From positions 310,001-374,000 of the forward strand of contig JAPMXV010000056.1 in the NCBI GenBank assembly GCA_026936335.1: a stretch of 64,000 bases of DNA, in the 5' to 3' direction. How positions within the stretch are numbered: the first letter of the stretch is position 1; the number at the start of each line of letters is the position of its first letter. Below the pieces are notes generated by a model, which saw only the letters and a program-made list of their open reading frames with translations, did not search any database and had not been told where the DNA came from. Shown in pieces: positions 13,052 to 27,311 of the stretch. The stretch is from Mantamonas sphyraenae STR306 (Eukaryota > Protista > CRuMs). The translations under genes were made by a program, and so were the position numbers.

Positions 13052-14499
13052 ATGGCATGGACAAAGGAGATGTACACCACGCTGTTTGAAATCACAGCCG
13101 TGTCATCCTCACTGTCGGTGGCTGGTTCCCTGTTCATTCTTGGCACCCTCTTCACCTTTCCCGAAGCGCGTAAGGGTGTTTCCAAGCTCCTCCTGTGGCT
13201 GTCGGTGTCCGATCTCTTTGGTTCTCTCAGCTTCCTCGTGGGTGCAGGCCACACCCTCAACGGTGGCAACTGGCTCGTCGACACCGAGCTCTGCCAAATC
13301 CAAGGTGGCGCCCTCCAAATGTTTTCCCTCTCCACGGCTCTCTGGAGTCTCTTTATTGGTGTCCACCTCTACCGATCCTTCATGCTGCGTCGTCACAATG
13401 ACCTGGAGAAGACCATGAAGTACTATCACCTCGTGGCCTGGGGCCTCAGCATCATTCTGGCCATCGTTGGCGGCGTTGCGGGTCTTTATGGCCCCGCCGG
13501 AGGCTGGTACGTCCCTTTTCCTGTCCAACCCTGCCCATTGCCGCCTCTTCCCATTGCTTCTCTGTGTGTTCCACCCGTGTGACATGGCCATTGTCTGCGC
13601 CTGCTCGTGCAAATCGCCTCGGAAAGAGCGGCGGCACACTTTTCCCCATCCTTTTTTTGCGTCGGCGAGGACCGTTCTTTTTGTGGGTTTCGGCCCAAAC
13701 GTGGGTATGAAAGAGCGCTTCGTGTGCGCGCGCGCGTGTGTGTGTGTGTGTGTGTGTGCACTGGCGATGGTTGAGGGACGGGTGTGTCCATGGCATGCCT
13801 GCTGGGCTTGTATGGGGCGCGGTGAGACTCACACAAGCCGTCGCCGCGAACTTTCTCCAACTGGGAACGCCACACACGCACAGGTGTTGGATCACGTCTG
13901 CGACGGCAGCAAACAAGGTCTACCAGCAGGTGTTCTTCTACATGTTTGTGTACATGGTGTTCCTGGCCCTGGCAGCGCTGTATGTGCGCATTGGGGTGGA
14001 GATTTACACGACGATGAAGGAGACGGCGGCGACGCTGGAGTACAGCGTTCGCACACGCAAGCGTCAGGTGAAGAAGCGAGACAAGGTGCTGGGCAAGATG
14101 TTCTTCTTCCCAGCTGTGTTCCTTGTGACATGGTTGCCTGGCATCATCAACCGTATGCATGGTTTGACGGGCAACCCACCCGTGTACGGTCTGTTTGTGG
14201 GCCATGTCCTGTTCACTCCATTGCAGGGATTCCTCAACGCCATTGTGTATGGACTCACAGGCAACATTGGACGACTGTACATGCGCAAGATGTCCACGGT
14301 GACCAGCAACGAGTCGGCCACCAACAGTGCCAGCACGTCGACAGGCAAGGCAGGTGGACGCAGCATGTTCTCCCGCAGTGGCAACAGCGGTGGAGACAAC
14401 AGTGGTGGGGCAGCTCAGAATGCAGGGTATACCCCTGCTTCAGTGCCCATGAAGGATGCTGCATCCAACCGAGCTGGCACCTTCTCTGCCACTGTCTAG
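13052..14499 (+). CDS. 7TM GPCR, cAMP-receptor-like (CAR/GCR1 family)
   Basis: SSSLSVAGSLFI, LLLWLSVSDL, LCQIQG..QMFSLSTALW, YHLVAWG, YGPAGGW|CWI split by an intron (~13507-13883), FFPAVFLVTWLPG, PLQGFLNAIVYG. Confidence 0.88.
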
Positions 14500-14600
14500 C
14501 CGGAATGCAATTGATTCATTCATTCTCATTCGAGGTGGGGAGTGAGGAGTGGGGAGTCATCCATGCGTGGTCTTCCCTGCCACTCACTTTGGCTGCTGGT

Positions 14601-16004
14601 TCAATCACGGCGGATGTACATCTGCCAGAGACGGTGGGGAAAGTCTGGGGTCACCTCCCAGGAATGCTCACCCACAAGGGCAATGTCATAGTCAGGGTTG
14701 TTGATCATCTCCTTGGCCCATACCTTGTGCTCCTCATGCACGTTGGAGTTGTGCAGGATCAGGTACTTGGGACGGCATGTGTTGATCACCAGACGCCACT
14801 CTTTCCACGCCGCCTTCTTCTGTTCCTCCGTGTTCTTGCGGGGTCCATCCACAAGCACTGCATCCACATCCATGCTGTTGCCTGTGAGAATGTGTGGGTG
14901 TGTGGGTGTGGGTGTGTGGGTGTGTGTGTGGGTGTCAGCCAAACCGCACTCGCGCCTCTTCTCCTCGCTCCATCACAGCACTCCACACGCAGACACGCCA
15001 TATCCCAATCCATGACATCACACGCGTGCACACAGGCACACCCCAGGAGGATGGTGTCGGCGGCTCCCTTTCTGCCTGTGTCGTCCAGTGGTTGACAGGG
15101 CAGCCGACCCCAACACTCCGCCCCGGCGAAAAACGCCCTCTTGCGTTTGGGCTTCGTGTGTCTGTGCACGAGTCGTACAACGGCCCCATGAAACATGTGT
15201 ACGGACGCAGGGGCAGCCATCAATTCGGCAAGGGGGAAGGGCGGGATAGGGGAGGACACGAGGGAGGAGTGCATGGACGGGAGGGAGGGGCAAAGCAGAC
15301 GTACAGATAAACTCGAGGAGGGGCCCATGGGGCTTGCGTTGGACAGTGGCACCGTAGAGGGACATGACAGGCAACCCGGCCAGGTTCTTCTGCTGGTTCT
15401 CCCAATAGCCTTGGTCGTGCTCAATGTTGATGAGGAAGTTGGAGGGTCCGCTGTCGTGCAGACCGTGGGCAATGAGGTAGGAGGAACCCTGGCCGACGTG
15501 ACCAAACACGTCAAAGAAGCGATTGATCTCGGGCTGGGCACCCATGCAGTAGAGCATGCGACCAAACAACAAATGGCCTTCAATCTCAACACCGGCAGTC
15601 ACAGGCGGCTTGACAGGCAGTTGTTCAGGCTTGATCTCGTTGGCACAACGTTGCAGACGCTCGGCAAAGCAGTATCCCGATGGATTGCGTCCGCTCTTGA
15701 TCTGTTCGTGGATACGCATGCTGCCATGACCACTGCCTGTGTACTTGGTTTGTTTCTCCTTGTCCACAATGGTCTCTGCGGGTGGGTTGTGCACCACCGT
15801 GCTTGGCAGCCCAGGCACCTTGGGACACACAAACTTCCCTGTCTTCTCATCATACTCACTCTCATCCGCATACTTGCTGCCATCAATCCCCTTGCTGAAT
15901 GAACCCACTTTGCACTTGCGTCCTGCAGGCTTGGGTCCCATCATCGTCACAAGCATCGTCACCACAATGACCCCTCCCAGGATCATCAGATTGCGTTGCT
16001 TCAT
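14601..16004 (-). CDS. Type II membrane protein with a putative SAM-dependent methyltransferase-like luminal domain
   Basis: N-terminal signal anchor (LMILGGVIVVTMLVTMM) and a Cys-containing stem. Then FFDVFGHVGQGSS (motif I-like), LINIEHD (acidic residue ending beta2) and DAVLVDGP. Intron 14882-15304. Confidence 0.55.
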
Positions 16005-16120
16005 GTCCTCTTCACTCTTTCTCTCTCTCTCGCTTTCTCTCTCTTTTCTCTCTCGTTCTCTCTGTGTGTATGTGTGGATTGGCAACACAAGACAACACTT
16101 GAGATTCCAGCGGGAAATGA

Positions 16121-18732
<2,612 letters not shown>

Positions 18733-18832
18733 AATGGGGAATGGAATGGAGTGTGTGGCCATACGCACAATTCATTTGCTGCTTGTTGTTGTTGTCACCA
18801 CTCACTCACTCACTCTGTCGTGGTGGGCTCGC

Positions 18833-20848
18833 TCAGACGCTGACGGTGTCGTAGATGGCCAAGACCTCCTCGTCGGTAGCCCACAGCTCGTTGGTGTTGG
18901 AGGCAAAGGAGAAGCCATCGGGAACACGCTTGCCACCACGGCCAAACATGACCTCCTCCTGCGACTTGTACTCGCTGAACTGGAACTGGCGCGGGGCAAT
19001 GACATAGCGGTCGGGAAACTCGTAGGTGTCACGAGAGTCATCCTCAGAGATCATGAGCTCATGCAGCTTCTCACCCTCACGGATGCCAATCATCTTCTGG
19101 GAGGCCTCGGGGGCAATGGCCTTGGCCATGTCTGTGATCCTCATGGAGGGGATCTTGGGCACAAAGAGCTCGCCGCCGTCCATGACCTCGAAGCAGCTGA
19201 TGACAAAGTCGGCCGCCTGGGGCAGAGTGATCCAGAAGCGGGTCATGCGATCGTCGGTGATGGGCAGCTCCGTGGCACCGTTGGAAAGGAGCTTCTTGAA
19301 GAAGGGGAGGATGGAGCCGCGAGAGCCGAGGACATTGCCGTAGCGGACGACAGCAAAGCGAGGGTAAGGACCACCTGCGTAGGCATTGGCAGCCACAAAG
19401 AGCTTGTCGGAACAGAGCTTGGTGGCACCGTAGAGGTTGACAGGGTTTGCCGCCTTGTCGGTGGACAATGCAATGACCTTCTGCACACCACAGTCGATGG
19501 CAGCGTCCACAATGTTCATGGCACCAATGATGTTGGTCTTGACAAACTCGGACGGGTTGTACTCTGCGGCAGGGACCTGCTTGAGGGCAGCTGCGTGCAC
19601 GACCACATCCACACCACGGAAGGCACGGTACAGACGGTCACGATCACGCACGTCGCCCAAGAAGAAGCGAATGTTGTCAAAGGCCTTGAAGAGTCCCTTC
19701 TGCAGTTCCCACTGCTTGAGTTCATCGCGGGAGAAGATGATCACCTTCTTGGGCGAGTACTCTGTCAGCAGCTTCACCACAAAGGTTTTGCCGAACGATC
19801 CCGTGCCACCCGTGACCAGGACCACCTTGTCGTTGAGGAAGGACGCCTCCTCTGTCAGCCCTGTGAACGGATGCGAGTGCAGGGTCTGCTCGTTGATGCC
19901 ATCGGTTGACATGGAGCCAGTCAGCCTGCGAGTCGTCCCCAAGGACCACAAAATGATGTTGGACGACGGTGCAGTGGTGCAGTGGGATGGTGTCAGCATG
20001 TGTGTGTATGCAATTGTGGATCCATGTGGTTGGTGTGGTGACCCACTCGCTCTCCTGCACCACAGGGAGGGACGGCAAGGGCGGCGGAAAGTGCAACATG
20101 GGCGGCTGCCATCCGGGATCCCCCATGACAGCCGAGTGTTTGGCCACAAGCGCGTCACACATGCTCTCACTGTCCACGCCATAGGTGGCAGATGGTAGAT
20201 GCAGTCGGTTGGGATCCATGGGGTGCTTCGCATGCATGGTGACACCTCCACGTAGCGAGTACCGGCCAGGCGAACCATGGGCTGGGTGGCGTTGTGGCCA
20301 AAAAAACGGACAGCCGGGGTTCGTCGGGAGGTGTGTCCGGGGAACCGGGGCGAGTGCACACTCATGCAAGGGTGGGACGGCCCATGATGCACAGAGATGG
20401 GCATGCGAGGCTACAGCATGCGAAGGCGGAGGCGAGAGAGCGGAGGCCGGTCGGCTGCGGGCTGCTAGCGAGGCTGTCATGAAACAGGGAAGGGCAAGGC
20501 GGCCAATTGTTGCATTGGGCCCCTTTGGCAGACAGGCTAGGGAGGAAACCACAGAGGGGGAGGGGGCGAGGACATGCACACATATGCAGACGGTGATTGT
20601 GGCAGGAGGGAGGGGCACATGCATGGAGAGCGGTGCTGGAAGGTAGGCCATAGACGTGCGGACAGGGCACAAGAGGCGGAGGGGAAGGGAGAAAAATTCT
20701 CTCTGGGGACGTACATGCCACTGCTGCTGTTGCCGGTGGAGGTGATCTGACCATCCTGGGTGATCTCGGCCTCAAGGGTGATCTCGCCATCGGTGGCGTC
20801 GATGGTGACAGTCTTCTGCTCTGCGTTGGGAGAGGTGACGTTGGACAT
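18833..20848 (-). CDS. pseB: UDP-N-acetylglucosamine 4,6-dehydratase (inverting), PseB/FlaA1 family
   Basis: VLVTGGTGSFG, IFSRDELKQ, GDVRD, HAAALKQVPAAEYNP, ALSTDKAANPVNLYGATKLCSDKLF, VRYGNVLGSRGS, RMTRFWI, GIREGEKLHE. Inferred exon 1 is 20848-20715 and the intron is 19926-20714. An alternative start lies at MSTDG in exon 2. Confidence 0.92.
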
Positions 20849-20963
20849 GGGTGTTGGTTGTTTGGTTGGGGTGGGCCAGACAGCGCGAGGACAGATGGGG
20901 CTCAGTGGGGGGGTTGTATGACAGATGCCACTCACACTCACTCACTCACTCACTCAACTCAAC

Positions 20964-22773
20964 TCAGACAGAGAAGTACATGGGCACGTGGGAGACGAGA
21001 CCACCCCTCCAGGCGCAGGTGAGGAGGGCGCCGTTGGGGAAGTTGGGTTGGAACTCCATCATGTCGAGGGGCATGGAGTTTGGCGAACGGATGAAGCCAA
21101 TGGTGGTGAGTTGGAAGGAGAGGGTGGAGCGAACAGCAAAGGTGGCGACAAGCTCACTGCCAGGATGGTTGCCATCAAAGGCGACGGCAAGGCGTTTGCC
21201 AGTGGGGTCGAGAGCAAGCTGGCGGATGTTGCCACCGACGTGGAGGAGAGTGCCAGTGGAATGTGTGCGCACACTGGTCATGCCCATGTACTCGTAACAC
21301 AGTGGGGAACCACTGATGCGAGGGGGCAGGTTGTCAAAGACAATGTTGTGCACAATGCATGTGCCATGGACGTTGACCAGCAGCATGTGGCCATCGTGAC
21401 TCCAGCAGGCACTCTGCACGTAGCGTTCAATGTTGCTGAACGCCTGACAAGTCCACCACAGGGTTTCATAGACGAGGAAGCGTGCAGAGGTGAGGCCGAC
21501 AAAGAGGTAGTGGCCATTGGGAGACCATCGGAGCATGGTGACCCCACCCCAGGCACGACCACGGTTCAACAGCATGTGTGTTTCGTGGTGGGTGTCCCAC
21601 ACGACCACACTGGCGTCGTTGCACGAGCCCGTGGCCAGGTACTTGCCACACGGGGACCACTCCATTGCCGTGATGGGTGCATGGCCCTCGGGAGACTTGA
21701 AATAATTCATGGTGGACCCATGGGTGCCCCCACGCATGCGGTTGCGTCCTGCCACAAGCAGGGTGCTTGCATTGCCGCTGGCATCTGCGTTGCTCAGAAG
21801 ACTGGCTCCGGCAATGGGCGACACCAGAGGCGAGGCACCGGACCGGTCGATGCTCATCGACGTGGCCAAGCCACTACGTGCCAGTGGAGAGGCGTAGACG
21901 GAGGAGGACGATGACGACGAAGATGATGACGATGATGACGATGACGAAGAGGTGCTTGTGTTGATGGGGTCGGCCATGGACGTGCGCAGGGGTGATCGCA
22001 GCATGGAACCATGGTGTTGGGGAGAGACACCTGCACGCAGGGGACTGGTAGCACGTGGAGAGGTGAGCAGGTCGCCCTGGGAGAGGGAGAGGGCACTCAT
22101 GTGCATTGGGTCACCACCATGGTGGCGGGTGCCATAGCGGGGAGCAGATGCAGTGACATGGAGGGCAGAGGAGGAAGAGGAGGAGAGATCGTCCGTGGCA
22201 GCAGCGGCGGCAGCTGCAGCGGCAGCCACATCCCAGCCTTGGGTGGCCACCGTCCACAGACACACACCGTGCTGGGAGGCCACAGCAAGGACGTCGGTGG
22301 CGTTGGGTTGCCATTGGACACAGGTGACGTTGCGTTGGAACTCATGCACAAGTACCTCTTGGGCTTCAGCCAAGGGCATGGCAAACACCTGCACGCAATG
22401 GCTGGCGTCGGCCACAGCCAACAGATCGCGTTCACGATGCCAATTGATGCTATGGACACGCTGGTCGGCACGAGGACGCAGCGATTGAGGCTGTCGTGCC
22501 ATGCTGGGTTTGCTACGGGCTGGTACAAGGGGACGCACAAGCATGCGCAGCAGGTTGAGCAGCAGAAGAACGATGCCTGCCACGACTCGCCGAAACACAC
22601 CACGGGACGAGGACACAGACGAAGACGCTGCTGCACCAGATGCAGACTTGGTGTTGCTGCTGCTGGATGATTGTGCCTTGCCATTGCCCTGCGAGTACAA
22701 TGCAGCAGAGGCACTGAGCTTCTTGTCTTGGAACAGGCGAGTGGCCAGCTCCGCCTGCTGTGATTCTTCACCC

Positions 22774-22810
<37 letters not shown>

Positions 22811-24218
22811 GTGATGATGTGGTTGTTGATGATGCGCCTCCTTCTGTCCTGTAATGGGCCAGGTCACCGTCGACAAAGGCCTGGAACCAGTCGCGCATCC
22901 GCGTGCCCCACGTGCTTGCCTCGGGCACCCTTCGCACAGGATTGCGACCCTTGCGTTGGCGGGCATCCACAATCTCATGCACAGGCAGCACCACGCCGCC
23001 GTTGCGTTCGTACTGACGCAGTACTTCCTTGTCACGGTCCGTGATGAACAGCGAAGCTCGATCAGACGTCACCGTCACTGCGACAAAACCGTGTCAGAGA
23101 GAGTGTGTGAGTGTGTTTGTGTGCGCATGTGCACTCGGGAGCACAGAAGATGGCAAAGGGTGTGCATAGGTCCAGGGTGGATGGGCATGGGTGTGGGTGC
23201 CAACGTACAGAGCTCTGTGTGCATCTCTGCCAGTGTGTGTTCGCCGTTCGAGAGGCCCCTCAGCGGGGGTTCAGGCACCTGTGCACCTGTGCATGGCATG
23301 GTGTGGAGTTCATGCCATGGTGTTCCACATATGGTAGGAGTGGGCGCGTGTGGGTGTGAGTAGGATGCACGCGCGAGTGTGTGCAGGCGAGAGACGCTCC
23401 ATGCGCGCGCGCAAAATACCTGTAAAGAGCTCGTGGTCGGCAAAGTCCGCGTCAAAGTCGCTCATGACCGGGTTGCGTGCACGTGCATCTGGATGTGGGG
23501 TTGCCATGTGGGTGTATGCAGTCGCTGTGGGCGATGTGGGTGTCTTTGCGGGCGAGTTGACGGACGACGATCCTTCCGGATACTTGGCGGCGGGGGTACT
23601 GGACGACGCCGCCGCCTTGCCAAAGGGTGACAGCAATGACGAGACAAAGCTTTCGTCGCCATCGCTAACAATCTCCCCCACCGCACTTCCCTGCCTGCTC
23701 TCATCCACCGCGTGTTCCCCCTGGCCCGTGGGAGGCGACACCGCGGTGGGCGGCGGCGGCGCCTTGCCGGCTGGCGTGCTGGCCACCACAGGCTGCCCTG
23801 CATGCATTTCCCTTTCGATGGAATGCGACGATGCCACCGACAGGTTGTCGTCGTCGTCATCCGTGCCCTGGTCGTCCCGTCGAACAAGGCTATCCTCCTC
23901 CACCTGCTGTCGAAGGCCTCGATTCTCCGGCCGCCGTGCATCCAGCGCGCTCACACGAGTCTGGTCACGCAATCGACGCCCCATAAAGAGGGAGGAGGAG
24001 GAGGAGGAGACGTCGCTGCGCACAGACGTGTCCAATCCTGACTCGTCGCCGTCTTGTCCACTCGCCGAGGTGTCTTCTCTGCCACGTCGCTGCAGCCGTG
24101 CAAACAGATTGCCCCCTGCAGGACTATTCAGATCCACCGGTGGCGGCATGCCCATCCGTCTCCGACTGCTGTTGCTTGTGCGTGTGCTGGGACTACCCAG
24201 CTGCGCTCGCAGGGACAT
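20964..24218 (-). CDS. AAAS: Aladin (AAAS) WD40 nucleoporin with a long low-complexity N-terminal extension
   Basis: LVHEFQRNVTCVQWQPNATDVLAVASQHGVCLW, GHAPITAMEWSP, GGVTMLRWSPNG, VYETLWWTC, DPTGKRLAVAF, FQPNFPNGALLTCAW. The upstream exon is joined by an inferred GTATTT..CGCAG intron (~23078-23419). Confidence 0.85.
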
Positions 24219-24328
24219 TGTGCGTGTCTGCGGGGGAAGCGGGAGATTGTGGCGCCACCGGCGCGCGGAGTCAGGATTTTGAACCAGAGGCGCACCCGCA
24301 GTTTGATCCACCCCAACATCGACGCACG

Positions 24329-27225
24329 ATGGAGCAAGAGAGCAACAACGGCGGCGAGGACGTGATGGCCATCTCCCTGCATACCAGCAGGGTGTCTGCG
24401 CCCTCTCCCGAAACAGCCAAGCAGCTGCAGGAGGAGATGCACAATGTAGCTGTGGAAGCTGGCAAAACACTGGCCGCCTCTGCCAAGCACACGCCGCACA
24501 CGCAGGACACAGAACAGGCACAGGCACACGTGTCTGCCCCACACAGTACAGATGAGAAGGAACAGGAGATGGATACAGCCAAAGAACAGAAGCAGGAAAC
24601 CGCTCAGGAATCCTCGCGTGCAAACGCAAATAGCGGCGGCCTCGACGCGTACAACCCCACAGGTCTGACCTATCGCCAACAGTTGGCGCTCATCAAACGC
24701 ATGGAAGAAGGTATGCACGAGGACACAGGACGCGTGTCAAGGCCATTTGCGAGCGGACGAGCAAGGGAGGCTGCGCCGCGGGCTTTTGGCGCCCTTTTTT
24801 TTTTTGGCGGGGTGATTTCGCTGACGTACAAACGGGGGACGGGTGTGCGACACAGATGCGACGATGAGCGAGGAGCAGCTGCAGGCGGAGATCAAGAGCC
24901 AGGTACTGCGCAGTAGCGGTGGACAACGGTGGAGAGTGACGACAGCATGGAGGAGGAGAGCGAGGAGGAGAGCCGACGCAGACGACGAGCAGGGAAAAAA
25001 CGCGCCAAAACACAGAACGAGGGAGAACGAGGCGGACGACGCAGCACCGCCGCAGAAATGGCAGCCAAGGTGGGCAAGCCCAAGTACCAGGCCAAAGGGG
25101 TCATCCAGAAGGACGGGGTATGGTACTTGCAGGTGGGAGCACGGCTGATCGAACTTCCGCAGTACGAGACGTGGAGCAACGCCAAGAGCAAGGCTCTGGA
25201 CTGCATCACCAGCAACCCCAACGCGTTCTTCTACCGACACACCACCGACAGCCAGCTGACGGGCAAGTGGACGGTGGAGGAGATGCACTACTTCATCGAA
25301 CTGCTGCAAACGAATCCGCCAGACAACCATTGGGGCCTGTTTGCCATGAATGTGCCGGGCCGTGTGGGCTACCAATGCCGTAACTTTTACCATCAGCTCC
25401 TGTCGCAGGGAGTGCTTCAGGATCCGGACTACCTGGACGACAACGGGCAATACATTGCCAAGAAGCGACGGGATCGCCCCAAGAACGCGCCGCACAAGAT
25501 TGTGGTGACGGACAAGGCTATGGAGATTGCACGCGAGGTGGAGTCCAAGCCAGCTGCAGAGCGAAAGCGCCTGGAGGAGGATCTGCAACGTCGCATTCGC
25601 ACAAAGCAGGCGTTCTGGAAGTCATTGTTTGCCAGCGACAAGGACGAGGAGGAAGAGGAGACACATGCGCAGGAGGAGAAGGGCAAGGCAAAACAGCAAG
25701 AGGTGATTGTGATTGGACGTGCAGCACGCCAGCGACGCAGACATCATTCCACAGACGGGGAACGGCGATCAAGCAGCAGCAGCAGCAACAGCAACAACAA
25801 CAAGGAAGGGAAGGGATCACGGCGCAGCTCACGACGCACACGCTCACGGCGCAGCAGCATGGATGAGCAAGAGGACGAGGAGGACGAGGACGAGGACGAG
25901 GATGCGCTGACAGAGACAGAGGATGAGATGGCGATGGAGAGTGTGGGTCGTCGACGCGGACGACGTTCCATGACCGTGGCCAGCGAAGGCGAGGATGAGG
26001 AAGAGGAAGACAAAGACGAGGACAACGATGAACAGATGATGACGACGACGGCCCAGGAGAGCGCTAGCAGGACAGATGAGAAGGTGCCCGTTCCCGTCAT
26101 GCATGAGGTTGAAATGGAGACGGTCGCCGCCCCTCGCGGGCAAAAGCAGCCGAACAAGCAGAAGCAGGGCAAGCAGAGCAAGCAGGGAGGCAAGAAGAAG
26201 CAACAGAAAGAGAAGAAGGCCAAGGGTAGTCCCAGCAACAGCGGCAGGAAGCGAAAGGAGACGCATCAGGAGGAAGTGGAGACACTGGATGCGTCGTCCG
26301 TGTCAAGGCAACAGGGAGAGACGACGAACGACGACAGGATGGCGGTGGCACACAGTGTAGAGTCAGCACACAAGAAGCAGCGTGTGGGGCGCAACAACAA
26401 CAGCAACAGCAAGGCAAAGCTGGCTCGAGAAGAGAAGGACTCTGGGATGTTCGAGTTGGCCAACCTGTCTGAGGAGAACAGCCAGGTGACGATTCCGGTG
26501 CCTGTGGTGGCAGAGGTGGCCAGCAAGCCGATGAGCAGCGGCACTCGTCCGGTCAAGTTTGCACGCATCCGGGGTGTGGACAGCCCTCCGCGAGACCGCA
26601 ACGGTATGGTGGTGGAGGTGGAAGCACGAACACCGAGCAATCTTGGATCGCATGCTCTGTTCCACAGCCACGATACGGTGGCCACAACCGTGCCTGCAGT
26701 GTCAAGAAGCAGCAGCAGCAGCAGCAGCAGCAGGCGAGGCCGTCACTGCAGGCCACACAGGCAGTGGAAAACCTGCAGGCGGCACAGGGTAAGGACAGGG
26801 CATACCTGGAGGCACAGTACGAGATGCGATGCCAGCGATTGTTGAGCATGTTTGAGAGCGAGATGCAACGCGAAGCGGCGATGGAGGGTCTGCAAACAAG
26901 CAAGCAGAGCCATGCAGAGAAGCAGAGCAAGTGGCAAAGCAAGATGGCGCCGTTTAGTGCGCTGGTGATGGCAGCGCAGTCTTTTGACCCTCGTCCGCAG
27001 ATATCCGAGTCGGTGGAGCTGAAGCTGCGTCGCAAGTTCCACGACCTTGTGCACGAGCTCATGTACCGCTTCAACGACGAGGTGGACACTGTATACGCCA
27101 TGCACAAGCAGCAGATGCAGCTTGTCTTTCGCCAGTATGGCGTCACGCTGCCCGTCGACGGGTACGTCACACGCCTTGCCCTGACGCTGCCCGAGGCGCT
27201 TGCCAGCGTGTTGGAGGGAGCGTGA
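24329..27225 (+). CDS. Myb/SANT-like domain protein (1 intron; two apparent frameshifts near 24921 and 26703)
   Basis: NPNAFFYR..GKWTVEEMHYFIELL..HWGLFAMNVPGRVGYQCRNFY. UIM-like helices at the N-terminus, acidic/basic low-complexity middle. Intron ~24711-24855. Confidence 0.75.
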
Positions 27226-27311
27226 GTGTCATGAAACGAAAAATGAACGGCAAAACCGCCATAACATCAACAACAACAACAACAAAGTGGGGATGCATTG
27301 ACATGGATGGA

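Noticed and set aside
24903-24916. A 14-nt GT..AG micro-intron that would repair the Myb gene frame
   Set aside because: Far shorter than any other intron here and lacks a branch point. A single missing base explains the shift more simply.
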